This document shows positions 50,178-60,809 of a stretch of 64,000 nt of DNA, piece by piece. The notes below the pieces were generated by a model. The model was given only the letters and a program-made list of their open reading frames with translations. It made no database searches and was not told where the DNA came from. The position numbers and the translations under genes were made by a program. The stretch's first letter is position 1; the number at the start of each line of letters is the position of its first letter. The stretch is from a bacterium (GTDB taxonomy: Bacteria; Zhuqueibacterota; Zhuqueibacteria; Residuimicrobiales; Krinioviventaceae): the NCBI GenBank assembly GCA_963675755.2, contig CAXXMD010000003.1, positions 992,001-1,056,000 on the forward strand, read 5' to 3'.

Positions 50178-51545
50178 ATGTATAGTCTTTTATCTATTGG
50201 TATACATATTAAAAAAAGCATATTGATTGTTACTCTGTCTTTAATATTCATCTCGGCTTCCATGGCTTTTTCAGATACAAACATGCCAACATCCGGTGAA
50301 CTGGAAAAATCTGCAGATACTATATTTTCTGAATCAAAAAAAATGTTTAATGACGCACAATACTGGGAATGTTCAAGAAATCTCATTCTTATTCTGGATA
50401 CATACCCCGATTATTCGGATATTGACCATGTAGTTTATATGCTGGGCGAATGTTTATACGAAGCTGAAATGCTGGAAGGATCGCGACGTATATTTGAATT
50501 CTTTATCTCTAAATATATCTCCAGTTCTTATCTTCCTTATGCACTTGCGGGCATTCAACGTACCCATTTTGAAATGGGCAGATATCAGGAAGCCATCGAT
50601 ATTTATAACATTATTATTCAGGGAAAACCTGAACCTGAATTATTGGATTATGTAAACTATTATGCAGGCTTGGCTTATTATTATAACAAGAATTACAATA
50701 AAGCCATTGAATCTCTGGCAGGGGTCAGAGAAAATTATCCTTATTCTGATTTCGCACAGTATACCCGTGGACTCGCCATGTTAAAGGCAGAAAAAGTCAG
50801 AGAAGCCATTGACGTCTTTCATAACATCTGCAAATTGCCTGTATATAATCAGGAGCGCCAAAGAATAGTAAATGAAGCACACCTTACACTGGGATTTCTA
50901 TATTATGAAATGGGATATTACCAGCATTCATTAAAAGAATTCAACAAAGTCTCCTCTGAATATGACAATTATGCATCCGTACTGCTTAGCGCAGGCTGGG
51001 CCGCAACAAAAATGGAAGACTATAAAGATGCCATTATTTATCTGACTGATTTTATTTCAAACTATCAGGAGAACTCTGAAATCCCGCAAGGATTGTTTCT
51101 CCTGGGACGCTGTTATCTGAAATTGGGATATTTTGAAGAAGCTTTGAAAAGTTATGATTATCTCATAGAGATTCTGCCCGCGAAAAATGTACTTCCCGGA
51201 ATGTTTGATAATATAAATGTATTTCTGACTGATCAGCTTGAAGAGATTGAAAAAATTAAAATGGATATCCTCCTTTTGGAAAGTAAATTTGTAGATATGT
51301 CTTTGAACATTGATGGAGATATCCCCGAATACATGATAGAAGAAAAAGACAGGGTACAAACCCAACGGTATACGCTTCTCGAACGCATTCGTATGGAAAG
51401 AGAAACCCTTAACGCGTTAACAGAAAAAATTGAAACGGTGCAGGTAATGGCTTCATCCAAAGATGAACAGCGCGAGTGGCGGGCTTATGCAGAGTATGGC
51501 AGATCCCGTGCAATGTATCTCTATAAACAAAAGAACCTGCCTTGA
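50178..51545 (+). CDS. Exported TPR-repeat protein with C-terminal coiled coil
   Basis: Start likely ATG 50178 (GGAG SD); about 7-8 TPR-like units (Y.LG..Y....Y..A...F); heptad-rich tail. Confidence 0.8.
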   Translation: MYSLLSIGIHIKKSILIVTLSLIFISASMAFSDTNMPTSGELEKSADTIFSESKKMFNDAQYWECSRNLILILDTYPDYSDIDHVVYMLGECLYEAEMLEGSRRIFEFFISKYISSSYLPYALAGIQRTHFEMGRYQEAIDIYNIIIQGKPEPELLDYVNYYAGLAYYYNKNYNKAIESLAGVRENYPYSDFAQYTRGLAMLKAEKVREAIDVFHNICKLPVYNQERQRIVNEAHLTLGFLYYEMGYYQHSLKEFNKVSSEYDNYASVLLSAGWAATKMEDYKDAIIYLTDFISNYQENSEIPQGLFLLGRCYLKLGYFEEALKSYDYLIEILPAKNVLPGMFDNINVFLTDQLEEIEKIKMDILLLESKFVDMSLNIDGDIPEYMIEEKDRVQTQRYTLLERIRMERETLNALTEKIETVQVMASSKDEQREWRAYAEYGRSRAMYLYKQKNLP

Positions 51546-51554
51546 TTTTAATTT

Positions 51555-54041
51555 TTACATAACAGAAGTAGGGTCAACATCTATAGATATAGAAACCTTG
51601 TTCTGTTTTATCTGGTCCATAGCCTTCCGAATAGCAGATTTTAACAATCTTCCCGAAGCATCACTTTGTTTAATGCTTTTAAACAAAATGTGCCAGCGAT
51701 ACTGGTTTTGAATCTTTGCCAGGGGAGCAGGCACGGGTCCCAGCATCTGGTAACTGTTATGCTCCGGTATCTGTTTGCTAAATTGTTCAGCGGTTTTTTG
51801 TACAAGAAACTCGTTTTCGCCTTTGAACAAAATATTGATCAATCTGCTGAACGGCGGATATATCAAACCCTTGCGGTCCATGATCTCTGATTTAAAAAAG
51901 TTCTCATAATGATGCAATCTGGCAAACTGCAGGCTGTAATGTTCGGGAGAAAAGCTCTGTACAATCACTTCACCCAATTTTTCTTTTCTTCCCGCGCGGC
52001 CTGCCACCTGAGTGATCAATTGAAACGTTCGTTCCGCAGATCTAAAATCCGGTAAAAACAGTTCCGTATCAGCAGAGATTACTCCCACCAATGTAACATT
52101 GGGAAAATCTAACCCCTTTGCTACCATTTGCGTTCCCAGCAAGATCTGATATTCACGGTCGCCAAACTTTTTCAGCAAATTGTCATGTGCCATTCTGCCG
52201 CGTGTAGTGTCCAGATCCATACGCAATGCCTTAACACCGGGAAAAAGTTCATGCAGTTCTTCTTCTACACGCTGGGTACCAACACCTCTAAACAGCACTT
52301 CAGAGCCCCCACATTCGGGGCACTTTTCAGGAGCGTAACGATTGTATCCGCAATAGTGGCACTTTAATCGTCCGCCCTTGCTGTGGAACGTCATGGGTAT
52401 GTCGCAAAACCGGCATTCTGCGGTATAACCACAATCCGTACATTTATAAACCGGTGCAAACCCTCTGCGGTTTAAAAACAAGATAATCTGTTCACCCAGA
52501 TTCAGCTTTTCATCAATCTTTTTACGAAGCGGCCTGGAAAAAATAATAGGTCCCGATTTACCAATGGTCCTTGGTTCCCGTTTCATGTCAACAAGTTCAA
52601 CCTTGGGCATGGGAATATCATCAATACGCCGCGGCATTTTCAGCAATTCAAATTTATCTATATGGGTATTGTAATAGGTCTCAATAGAAGGTGTGGCAGA
52701 GCCCAATACAACCACAGCCTTGTGCAGCTGTCCTCTTACTACTGCTACATCTCTGGCATTATAGCGCGGTGTCAAATCGCTTTGTTTGAATGAAGGTTCA
52801 TGCTCTTCATCAATGATAATCAATCCCAGATTTTTTAACGGAGCAAATATTGCAGAACGCGGACCAATGACAATCTGATGTTTGCCTTCCCAGGTTTGCC
52901 GCCATGAATCATAACGCTCACCCGGAGACATGCGGCTATGGAAAACCGCCACCTTGTCGCCAAAATGCGCTCGGAACCGTCTGACCATTTGCGGTGTCAG
53001 TGCAATTTCAGGCACCAGTACAATTGCAGATTTATTTTTTTCAAGGGCGTGATAAATCGATTCAATGTAAACCTGGGTCTTTCCGCTTCCGGTTACGCCG
53101 TGCAATACAAATGTATTATAAACTTTTTCATCCAATTTTTTTGCAATAGCTTCCAGAGATTCCCGCTGGTCGGGATTTAAAGTTATTGCCTTTGGTGGAT
53201 CAATTTTCAAACTGGAATAATAATCTCTGATTACTTCACGGGTTTCCAGTTCCAGGAATCCCTTTTCCACCAGAGTAGCAACCGATGCCGGAGTTGTTTT
53301 GGCTTGCCGGGCCAGACCGGTACGTGAGAATTCACGGTCATGATTGTCCAATAATACCTGCAAACAATCCGCCTGCTTGGGAGCTTTAGCAGCAATGGAC
53401 TTTATAATAGCTTCAACTTCGTCATGGGTCAGGGTTTCAGGAAGTTTGACCAGGGTTTCATGTTTGGCATCAACCCTTGCGCGTGAAAGCTCCAGCTCTA
53501 TCCTTACAAAACCTTCCTGTCTCAACCGTTTCAAGCTTGAATAAAAGGAGCCGCCAGACATTTGCTTTTTCAGCTTGTTATAAGACATGGGATTTTGTCC
53601 ACCCAGACGTCTTACAATCTCTGCCTGACGTGGCGAGCGCACCATAAGCGAGTCAGCAAGCCTGACGGGATCATCCGTTAGCAAACGCAAAATTCGCTCA
53701 GAATTCAAATGGATTCCGGCAGGGAGCGCTGCTTTTAATACTTCTCCCCATCCACAAACATAATACTCAGCAATCCACTTTGCCAGTCCCAAAACCTCAG
53801 GAGTAAACAAAGGTACAGGATCAAGTACTTCTTCAATCGATTTGAGCTTGGGGAAATCGCTGCTGGCCTTGCGCGATACCACAAAACCGGTAGTTTTTCT
53901 GGGACCAAATGGCGCCAGAACTCGCACTCCCGGTTCTACATCATCTGCAAAGCGTTCAGGAATAATATAAGTATAAGAGTTTTGCACAGGTATGGGGAAC
54001 ACTACCTCTGCATATGGCATTTCAATATCAGGTATTTTCAT
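51555..54041 (-). CDS. priA: Primosomal protein N'
   Basis: HGVTGSGKT, LVPEIALTPQ, DEEHE, LGSATPS, four CxxC pairs, GTQMVAKGLDFP, QVAGRAGR. Confidence 0.97.
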   Translation of the reverse strand: MKIPDIEMPYAEVVFPIPVQNSYTYIIPERFADDVEPGVRVLAPFGPRKTTGFVVSRKASSDFPKLKSIEEVLDPVPLFTPEVLGLAKWIAEYYVCGWGEVLKAALPAGIHLNSERILRLLTDDPVRLADSLMVRSPRQAEIVRRLGGQNPMSYNKLKKQMSGGSFYSSLKRLRQEGFVRIELELSRARVDAKHETLVKLPETLTHDEVEAIIKSIAAKAPKQADCLQVLLDNHDREFSRTGLARQAKTTPASVATLVEKGFLELETREVIRDYYSSLKIDPPKAITLNPDQRESLEAIAKKLDEKVYNTFVLHGVTGSGKTQVYIESIYHALEKNKSAIVLVPEIALTPQMVRRFRAHFGDKVAVFHSRMSPGERYDSWRQTWEGKHQIVIGPRSAIFAPLKNLGLIIIDEEHEPSFKQSDLTPRYNARDVAVVRGQLHKAVVVLGSATPSIETYYNTHIDKFELLKMPRRIDDIPMPKVELVDMKREPRTIGKSGPIIFSRPLRKKIDEKLNLGEQIILFLNRRGFAPVYKCTDCGYTAECRFCDIPMTFHSKGGRLKCHYCGYNRYAPEKCPECGGSEVLFRGVGTQRVEEELHELFPGVKALRMDLDTTRGRMAHDNLLKKFGDREYQILLGTQMVAKGLDFPNVTLVGVISADTELFLPDFRSAERTFQLITQVAGRAGRKEKLGEVIVQSFSPEHYSLQFARLHHYENFFKSEIMDRKGLIYPPFSRLINILFKGENEFLVQKTAEQFSKQIPEHNSYQMLGPVPAPLAKIQNQYRWHILFKSIKQSDASGRLLKSAIRKAMDQIKQNKVSISIDVDPTSVM

Positions 54042-54187
54042 GACAAAAGTTAATTAAAATCCTGTTCAATTTCAACAAACATTAATAAATTGTATTGAAT
54101 CATTCGCAGTATATTTTTGATTTTGCGCTTGATAGTGTAGAGTATTTTTTTTAATTTTATCATTCATATAAACAAAGGAGATTGTGA

Positions 54188-54925
54188 ATGCGTTTTCGTG
54201 TAATTTTATTGGCCTTGTTCATCATAATTGCAGGTATATCCTGCCAAAAATTTGATCCGTTTGCACCCCTGACAAATGAACAGGTTGCAAACCTGTTGGA
54301 AAAAGCAAAAGAACAGAACCCCGGTTCTGATGCTCCCTGCGACACTTTATCCCAGCAGGATATACAAACCATAATGAATGATTTAAAAAACTTTCCCAAA
54401 GAACCGGTAGGTAAAAAAGAAGTCGCTGTAATAGAGACCAATTATGGCACCATGGTTCTGGCATTTAACACCGATGTTGCACCGGAACATTGTACTGCAT
54501 TTAAACGCCTGGTTAAATCCGGATTTTATACTTGTACAAAATTCCATCGCATTGTTCCCGGATTTGTGATTCAGGGTGGAGACATTCTGACACGCGACAA
54601 TAATCCCCAGAATGATGGTTATGGAAATCCCGGGTACAGCCTGAATGCTGAATTTAATGATCTTCCGCATGGCGCTGGTGTTTTGTCAATGGCTCGTTCA
54701 CAAAGCCCGAATTCAGCCGGTAGCCAGTTCTTTATCTGTCTCTCCCGCGAAGGTACCCGCGCCCTTGACGGTAAATATACCGTGTTCGGCAAAGTGATTG
54801 GCGGTTTGGATGTGCTGGATGCCATTGCAAACGTACCGACACGCGTTGCTAATCCTCGCGCACGAGAAAAATCGTATCCAACAGTTGATGTTGTGATCAA
54901 AAACGCATATATGGTTAATCGATAG
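54188..54925 (+). CDS. Cyclophilin-type peptidyl-prolyl isomerase, lipoprotein
   Basis: Lipobox-like GISC; FHRIVPGFVIQGGD, LSMAR, NSAGSQFFI, LDGKYTVFGKV. Confidence 0.93.
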   Translation: MRFRVILLALFIIIAGISCQKFDPFAPLTNEQVANLLEKAKEQNPGSDAPCDTLSQQDIQTIMNDLKNFPKEPVGKKEVAVIETNYGTMVLAFNTDVAPEHCTAFKRLVKSGFYTCTKFHRIVPGFVIQGGDILTRDNNPQNDGYGNPGYSLNAEFNDLPHGAGVLSMARSQSPNSAGSQFFICLSREGTRALDGKYTVFGKVIGGLDVLDAIANVPTRVANPRAREKSYPTVDVVIKNAYMVNR

Positions 54926-54930
54926 GTACC

Positions 54931-56609
54931 ATGAGCGCCCTTGAAAAATGTATATTCTTTTTACTGATAATACCCGGATTCTTGTTATCTCAAACCGGTA
55001 ATCAATTCAAATACTGGATATACTTTAATGACAAAGGGCCGCAATCATTAACAAAATCTTTTGACGGAAAACAGTATTTTACTCAAAAAGCTTTGGAACG
55101 CCGGGCCAAAATGAACACAAACGGCCCGGCATTTGATTTTGCAGACTTTCCAGTCTGCCAGGAATATTTAGACATCCTGAAAGCCAACAATATAACATTC
55201 CAAAACCGCTCAAAATGGTTAAATGCTGTTTCTGCTTATTTAAGTAGAGAACAGATTGAACAGATTTCCCAATATTCTTTTATTAAAGAAATTCAACCAG
55301 TGCTAACCGGCACAAAAGCTCCCATCAACACATTTAACGAGATATCTGTTTCAGAGGGATTACAAAAATCTGCAGCTATCGATTACGGTCCTTCTCTTTT
55401 CCAGAATGACCATTTGCGTATTCCCGAGATCCACGATAAAGGAATTACGGGACAAGGGGTTCTCATCGCTGTTCTGGATACCGGATATCGACTGACCCAT
55501 CCTGCGTTAGAGGACGTTCATGTTGTAGATAGCTACGATTTCATTCATAATGACAGCAATGTGGATAATGAAGAGGAAAATCAGGATGTGTCCAGCCAGA
55601 ACCATCACGGAACCTATGCATTATCCGTTATAGCCGGTTACAAACCCGGAGCATTAATAGGCACTGCCTTTGGAGCGGATTTCCTTCTAGCCAAAACAGA
55701 AGACATGAGAATTGAAGCGCCCGTTGAAGAAGACCACTGGATTGCAGCTGCAGAATGGGCAGATAGTCTGGGTGCGGATATTATTTCTTCCAGCATTGGA
55801 TATCTGGATTGGTACATACCCGAAGATATGGATGGTAAAACAGCACCAATCTCAATTGCCGCTGACATTGCAGTAAGCAAAGGGATTACAGTCGTTACCT
55901 CTGCGGGAATGAAGGCAATATCTCTTGGGAAATCATCAGCGCACCTGCCGATGCTTTTAATGTTATCAGTGTGGGTTCTGTCTTTGGAAATGGAAACATA
56001 ACTTCTTATAGCTCTCGCGGCCCCACAGCCGATGGGCGCATCAAACCCGAGGTTGTTGCATTGGGAGAAGGTATTGTTGCAGCCAGCACGCAAACTTCCG
56101 GATACGTTTCTTTTTCAGGTACCTCTGCATCTTGTCCACTGGTTACCGGAGTAGCAGCCCTGATTTTGAGCGCACATCCCGGGCTTACCCCCGAACAGGT
56201 TCGGGAAGCTATTATCAACACTGCAGACAGGAATACAGATCCGAACAATACCTATGGTTACGGATTAGTTAATGCAATAAAAGCATTAAATTATTGGGGT
56301 GAAACCGTTGTACTGACAGATAATAACCAGTTGGGCTGCTATCCCAATCCCTTTAATCCCGCAAATGACAATTCAGTTAGAATTATTTTCAATCTGGAAC
56401 AGACAACACACGTCAATATGAGTGTTTATAACGTACTGGGTCAGAAAATCAAAACCCTGTGGAATGCAAATCGACCTGCCGGAAACTATCAACGCATTTA
56501 CTGGAACGGTACCCATGAGAACGGTGAACCGGCAGCATCCGGTAGTTATTTCTGTTATTTCAAAACCAACAATACCTCTCACACAATACGAATCACCCTG
56601 TTAAGATAA
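54931..56609 (+). pseudogene. S8 subtilisin-family protease with FlgD-Ig/T9SS-A-like CTD, split by a single-base frameshift near 55905-55909
   Basis: First frame has LDTG (Asp) and HHGT (His). It reads TSAG then shifts; the other frame continues NEGNISWEIISAPADA.NVISVG...SSRGPTADGRIKPEV...SGTSAS.P (Ser)...YPNPFNP. Confidence 0.85.
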
Positions 56610-56618
56610 AGGAAAACT

Positions 56619-57491
56619 ATGCTATTTAAAAAACCCATTTCGCTGGTACTTGGTAGCGGCGGTGCAAGAGGACTGGCCCATTTGGGAGTTCTTCGGGTAC
56701 TGGAAAGAGAAAAAATACCCATCAAACAAATTGTAGGTACAAGTATGGGTGCGGTTGTTGGCGCAGCCTATGCTCAAACTCGGGATATCAACACCGTAGA
56801 ACAAAAATTTCGTGATCTGATTGATGATTCCCGAACCTACAAAGGTACCAAATCCTATAATGGGATCAATAAAGACCACGAAGGCTGGTTTGAGCAATTA
56901 TCTTCACAGATCAAAGAACAGATCACTATGAATATAGCTCTTTTTAGAAACTCGCTGTTTTCTACAGAAAAATTACGGGTCCCTGTAAAATACATTCTTG
57001 ATGACAGCAATATTGAAGATACAAAAATCCCCTTCACAGCAATCTCTACAGATTTACTCAAAGGCTCCATGGTGTTACATAAATCCGGCCCCATCATTCA
57101 GGCTGTAATTTCCAGCGCGTCCATACCCGGTTTTTTCCCGCCAATCAAAATGGATGATACAATCCTGGTAGATGGTGCATACTCGGCCCCGGTTCCTATC
57201 ACCATTGCAAAACAATTTCACCCTCACACCAAAGTTGTAGCCGTAGATGTGTCAGGTTCACTAGAAAGCAAGCCCGATCTTGATAACAGTATCGATATTG
57301 TTCTAAGGAGTTATAGCATTTCTTCAATGCTTTATCATAATCAAATGATCAAACAGGCAGATGTACTGATCCAACCCGAGGTTAGTACATTCCACTGGTC
57401 CGAATTTGAAAAAATAGATTATTTTATTACTGAAGGTATAGAAAAAGCGGAAAAAGCATTAAAGAATATAAAAAGCTTTATGTGGTTTTGA
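56619..57491 (+). CDS. Patatin-like phospholipase (RssA/NTE family)
   Basis: LGSGGARGLAHLG, GTSMG, SASIPG.FPP, VDG. Confidence 0.92.
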   Translation: MLFKKPISLVLGSGGARGLAHLGVLRVLEREKIPIKQIVGTSMGAVVGAAYAQTRDINTVEQKFRDLIDDSRTYKGTKSYNGINKDHEGWFEQLSSQIKEQITMNIALFRNSLFSTEKLRVPVKYILDDSNIEDTKIPFTAISTDLLKGSMVLHKSGPIIQAVISSASIPGFFPPIKMDDTILVDGAYSAPVPITIAKQFHPHTKVVAVDVSGSLESKPDLDNSIDIVLRSYSISSMLYHNQMIKQADVLIQPEVSTFHWSEFEKIDYFITEGIEKAEKALKNIKSFMWF

Positions 57492-58032
57492 TCGTACCGG
57501 CACCCAGATACCGGAACAAAGAATTATATGTATTTTCAGGGGTTTCACCTGTTTTTACACGAATTAAAAAGTTGTACAAATCATCACGCATGGGATGGTT
57601 AAAGCCTATACGCAAGCATGCTTTGCTCTCCCAGATCACACTGGTATTGATGTAATTATATTCCAGACTCAGATCAATAGCAATATCATATTTTTCTCTA
57701 AGAATATCCAATCGTAAGCTTTTGGGGGGCATTCCCAATGTTGAAAGCTGTGCCTTTTGATAAAAAATGCGTTTAAATCCTTTTGGAAAGCCATTATTCT
57801 GTATAGTATCTGCATTATATAACAAGGTAATTTTTGCGTTAGGAAAGACTTGACGAAAAGAATCAAATGATACAATTCCGCTCAGCTTTTGCATATCATT
57901 TGGCAGGCACAATAATACATTATTGGCGTCTTTGATTTGCTCAAAAATGCTTACCGGAGCAGGTCTATTCCCAAAGCGCGATATAAACTTGTAATATGAA
58001 ATAACAGATCTTTGTCCAAATTCTTTTATCAT
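57478..58032 (-). CDS. Hypothetical protein resembling the GT9 N-terminal domain
   Basis: FP.AKITLL, REKYDIAIDL, A.LRIGF, YNFLI pattern. Confidence 0.55.
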   Translation of the reverse strand: MIKEFGQRSVISYYKFISRFGNRPAPVSIFEQIKDANNVLLCLPNDMQKLSGIVSFDSFRQVFPNAKITLLYNADTIQNNGFPKGFKRIFYQKAQLSTLGMPPKSLRLDILREKYDIAIDLSLEYNYINTSVIWESKACLRIGFNHPMRDDLYNFLIRVKTGETPENTYNSLFRYLGAGTIKTT

Positions 58033-58432
58033 AATTGTATATTCACAAAAATAAGATGATTTCGATGGTAACCCAATATATTAAAATTCTTGTTTTAATA
58101 TAGCAATCTATCTTTAAAAGGTCAATATCAATTTTCAAAACAAACACTGTGTGTCTAAAAAAATTATTTTGCAATTATTTACAGAAAAAGGCAAAAAAGG
58201 TTTTGCTTTTTTATATTTTTATTCTAATTTAAATATTATACACCAATGATTCATACAAACCGATTCTCTTATTTGCTTTGATCGACATTCCTATCGTCTT
58301 ATGATCCGGAACTGAAATATCTCTAGAGAACAGGTACTGTTTTAAAATAAGCAACTTTAAACAATACCTGACAAGGGAAAACTATAAAGACAAGATAATT
58401 TTTTTAAATCATAAATCAAAATGGAGCATAGT

Positions 58433-60079
58433 ATGAAACAACATCATTCGATTGTAAAAGACATGCTAAAAAAAGACCCCAGTCAACTATTGGTCGATCC
58501 ATCTCGTGAGAAAATGATTTCTGATTCTGTTGCTCAAAAACGGGCAGTGGTTATGAAATCCGGTACTCTCGCAACATGGACCCCATCACATTCGACCGGG
58601 CGAAGCCCCAAAGACACCTATATGGTCAAGAATTCAACCAGCGAAAAAAATATCGACTGGACATCTGCAAACTGTATTCCCATGGAGCCGGATACATTTG
58701 AAATGGTATTTGACGATGCAATCCGTACACTGGGTGAAAAAAAGACCCTCTACACATTGAACCGTGTTGTAGGTGCAGATTCTTCATACGCTTTACCCAT
58801 TTTGACTGTTACTGATAACCCCCTGAGCGCACTTTTCATTGACAATATGTTCCGCCCGGTTCCTCTTGATCTGGAAACCAGCATTTTTGCGGAAAAACCC
58901 TTTGTATTGCTCTCATTACCTTATGATTATCTGGATACAGATAAATATAAAGACCGGGTTAGAAAACTGCCCAATGGTGAATATTCTGATCTTTTGGTAA
59001 CCATTGATTTTGATAAACGCGTGGGCATTGTGTATGGTTCAGCATATATGGGATCAATGAAAAAATTGATCTTTACCGTAATGAACTATTATCTGCCCGA
59101 AGAAAACATTCTTCCCTTACACTGTTCAGCCAATGAAGGCCCCAAAGGCGATTGTGCCATGCTGCTGGGTCTCTCAGGAACCGGAAAAACAACCTTGTCT
59201 GCAGATCCTGAACGTGCGCTTTTGGGTGATGATGAACATGGTTGGAACGACACAGGTGTTGCCAACTTTGAAAATGGCTGCTATGCAAAACTGATCAATT
59301 TAAATCCGGATAAAGAACCGGATATCTTTTATGCTACTTTTCATCCGGACCATTATCTGAGTCACGGTTCAATTGTAGAAAACCTGATGGTTTACCCTGA
59401 TGGTGCTTATGACCTGGATGATGAACGCTATACTCCCAACTCGCGTTCTTCATATCCATTGAAATACAATTCAAATGTTAAAGAATCATCAAAATCCGGG
59501 CATCCCAGCACAATCCTGTTTCTGACTGCTGACGCATACGGAGTTTTACCACCCGTATCCAAACTGACTCCGGAACAGGCTATGTTCTGGTTTATAATGG
59601 GTTACACCTCTAAACTTGCGGGAACTGAAACCGGAATTACCGAGCCCCAGGCTGCGTTTTCACGCTTTTTTGGTGCTCCTTTTATGCCGCGAAACCCGTC
59701 AGACTATGCGGACCTTCTTGGTGAAAAAATGCAGAAACACAATGTTAATGTTTATGGAATCAATACCGGCTGGAGCGGTGGTCCTTATGGTGTTGGAGAT
59801 CGTATGGACATTAACCTGACTCGTGCCATGGTTCGTGCAGCATTGAACGGTGATCTGGATAAAGTGGAATATGAACAGGATAAACTGTTCAAAATCTGGA
59901 TTCCCAAAACCTGTCCGAATGTACCCAGTGAAGTATTAAATCCTGTAAACACCTGGGACGATAAAAGCGCGTTTGAAGAAACTGCCCAAAAACTGGCCGG
60001 TTTATTCAAAGCCCATTTTGATAAAAACTTTGCAGGCAAAGTAGATGCTAAAATTGCCGCCGAGTGTCCCCTGGTATAA
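58433..60079 (+). CDS. pckA: Phosphoenolpyruvate carboxykinase (ATP)
   Basis: TGRSPKD, LHCSAN, GLSGTGKTTLSAD, GDDEHGW, ENGCYAK, LTADAYGVLPP, NTGWSGG; start ATG 58433 with GGAG SD. Confidence 0.97.
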   Translation: MKQHHSIVKDMLKKDPSQLLVDPSREKMISDSVAQKRAVVMKSGTLATWTPSHSTGRSPKDTYMVKNSTSEKNIDWTSANCIPMEPDTFEMVFDDAIRTLGEKKTLYTLNRVVGADSSYALPILTVTDNPLSALFIDNMFRPVPLDLETSIFAEKPFVLLSLPYDYLDTDKYKDRVRKLPNGEYSDLLVTIDFDKRVGIVYGSAYMGSMKKLIFTVMNYYLPEENILPLHCSANEGPKGDCAMLLGLSGTGKTTLSADPERALLGDDEHGWNDTGVANFENGCYAKLINLNPDKEPDIFYATFHPDHYLSHGSIVENLMVYPDGAYDLDDERYTPNSRSSYPLKYNSNVKESSKSGHPSTILFLTADAYGVLPPVSKLTPEQAMFWFIMGYTSKLAGTETGITEPQAAFSRFFGAPFMPRNPSDYADLLGEKMQKHNVNVYGINTGWSGGPYGVGDRMDINLTRAMVRAALNGDLDKVEYEQDKLFKIWIPKTCPNVPSEVLNPVNTWDDKSAFEETAQKLAGLFKAHFDKNFAGKVDAKIAAECPLV

Positions 60080-60085
60080 TATATC

Positions 60086-60116
60086 AAGCCGGTACAGTTA
60101 TTTGTACCGGCTTTTT
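60086..60116 (+). terminator. Intrinsic terminator after pckA
   Basis: AAGCCGGTACA-GTTATT-TGTACCGGCTT followed by a T-run. Confidence 0.85.
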
Positions 60117-60117
60117 A

Positions 60118-60167
60118 TGTCCCCTGTAGGCTACATAAAAATAAAAAGTTATCCCCTGTTGGTAACA
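60118..60167 (+). promoter_or_regulatory. Tandem enhancer-like repeats (TGT-N12-ACA type)
   Basis: TGTCCCCTGTAGGCTACA (60118-60135) and TATCCCCTGTTGGTAACA (60150-60167), 32 bp apart. Confidence 0.5.
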
Positions 60168-60342
60168 TTTTTTTAAAAATTTTTTCATGTCTCATCAGTT
60201 TAACCATAACTTGATCAAATATCACATCAAAAAAGCCTCTACGGCACAACCTAAAACCTTCAAAAACAATGCCTTACTCAAGAATGCCTGACTATTAAAT
60301 ATCAAACTTCTCTGTATATAAAAAATTGAATTTAACTCATTC

Positions 60343-60358
60343 TGGTATAATTGTTGAT
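60343..60358 (+). promoter_or_regulatory. Possible sigma54-type promoter for the pilin-like gene
   Basis: TGGTATAATTGTTGAT, GG-N10-GA, one deviation at -12. Confidence 0.45.
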
Positions 60359-60402
60359 TTGTAACAAGAGAAATTTGCTTTAGAATAATAACGGAGCTCA
60401 TT

Positions 60403-60798
60403 ATGGGACAATCACAACTCTTGTTGATTGTACTCACTGTAATTATTGTGGCAATTGCGGTTGTTGTTGGAATTCAAATTTTCTCCTTGTTTTCAGCAAC
60501 TTCAAATCTGGAAGCAGTTACCAATGATTTGCTGGTCCTCGCATCCAGTGCGCAGGAATACTTTATAAAGCCCAAAATGATGGGTGGAGGAGGCCACAGT
60601 TTTGAAGGCCTGACCATTGAAAAGCTCACCGTGCTTGACGATAATGAAAATGGAGCATACTCGGTAATTTCCGCAGGAGCTAGAAGACTTGTGCTGGAAG
60701 GTATCGGCACACTGGACGGAGACGATGATGGTAGTAATTGTACGGTTCGGGCAAACATATTTCAGGACAGCATTGCGGTCGAGTTTGTCAGTAGATAA
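60403..60798 (+). CDS. Small pilin-like protein (MGQxQLLLIV N-terminus)
   Basis: G-Q followed by about 22 hydrophobic residues, an amphipathic helix, P..MGGGG.SF and a short beta-rich C-domain; monocistronic with its own terminator. Confidence 0.7.
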   Translation: MGQSQLLLIVLTVIIVAIAVVVGIQIFSLFSATSNLEAVTNDLLVLASSAQEYFIKPKMMGGGGHSFEGLTIEKLTVLDDNENGAYSVISAGARRLVLEGIGTLDGDDDGSNCTVRANIFQDSIAVEFVSR

Positions 60799-60809
60799 TC
60801 CCCTTTTAT

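Noticed and set aside
60065-60076. Third TGTCCCCTG half-site at the end of pckA
   Set aside because: It lies in coding sequence (ECPLV) and lacks the ACA half, so it may be coincidental.
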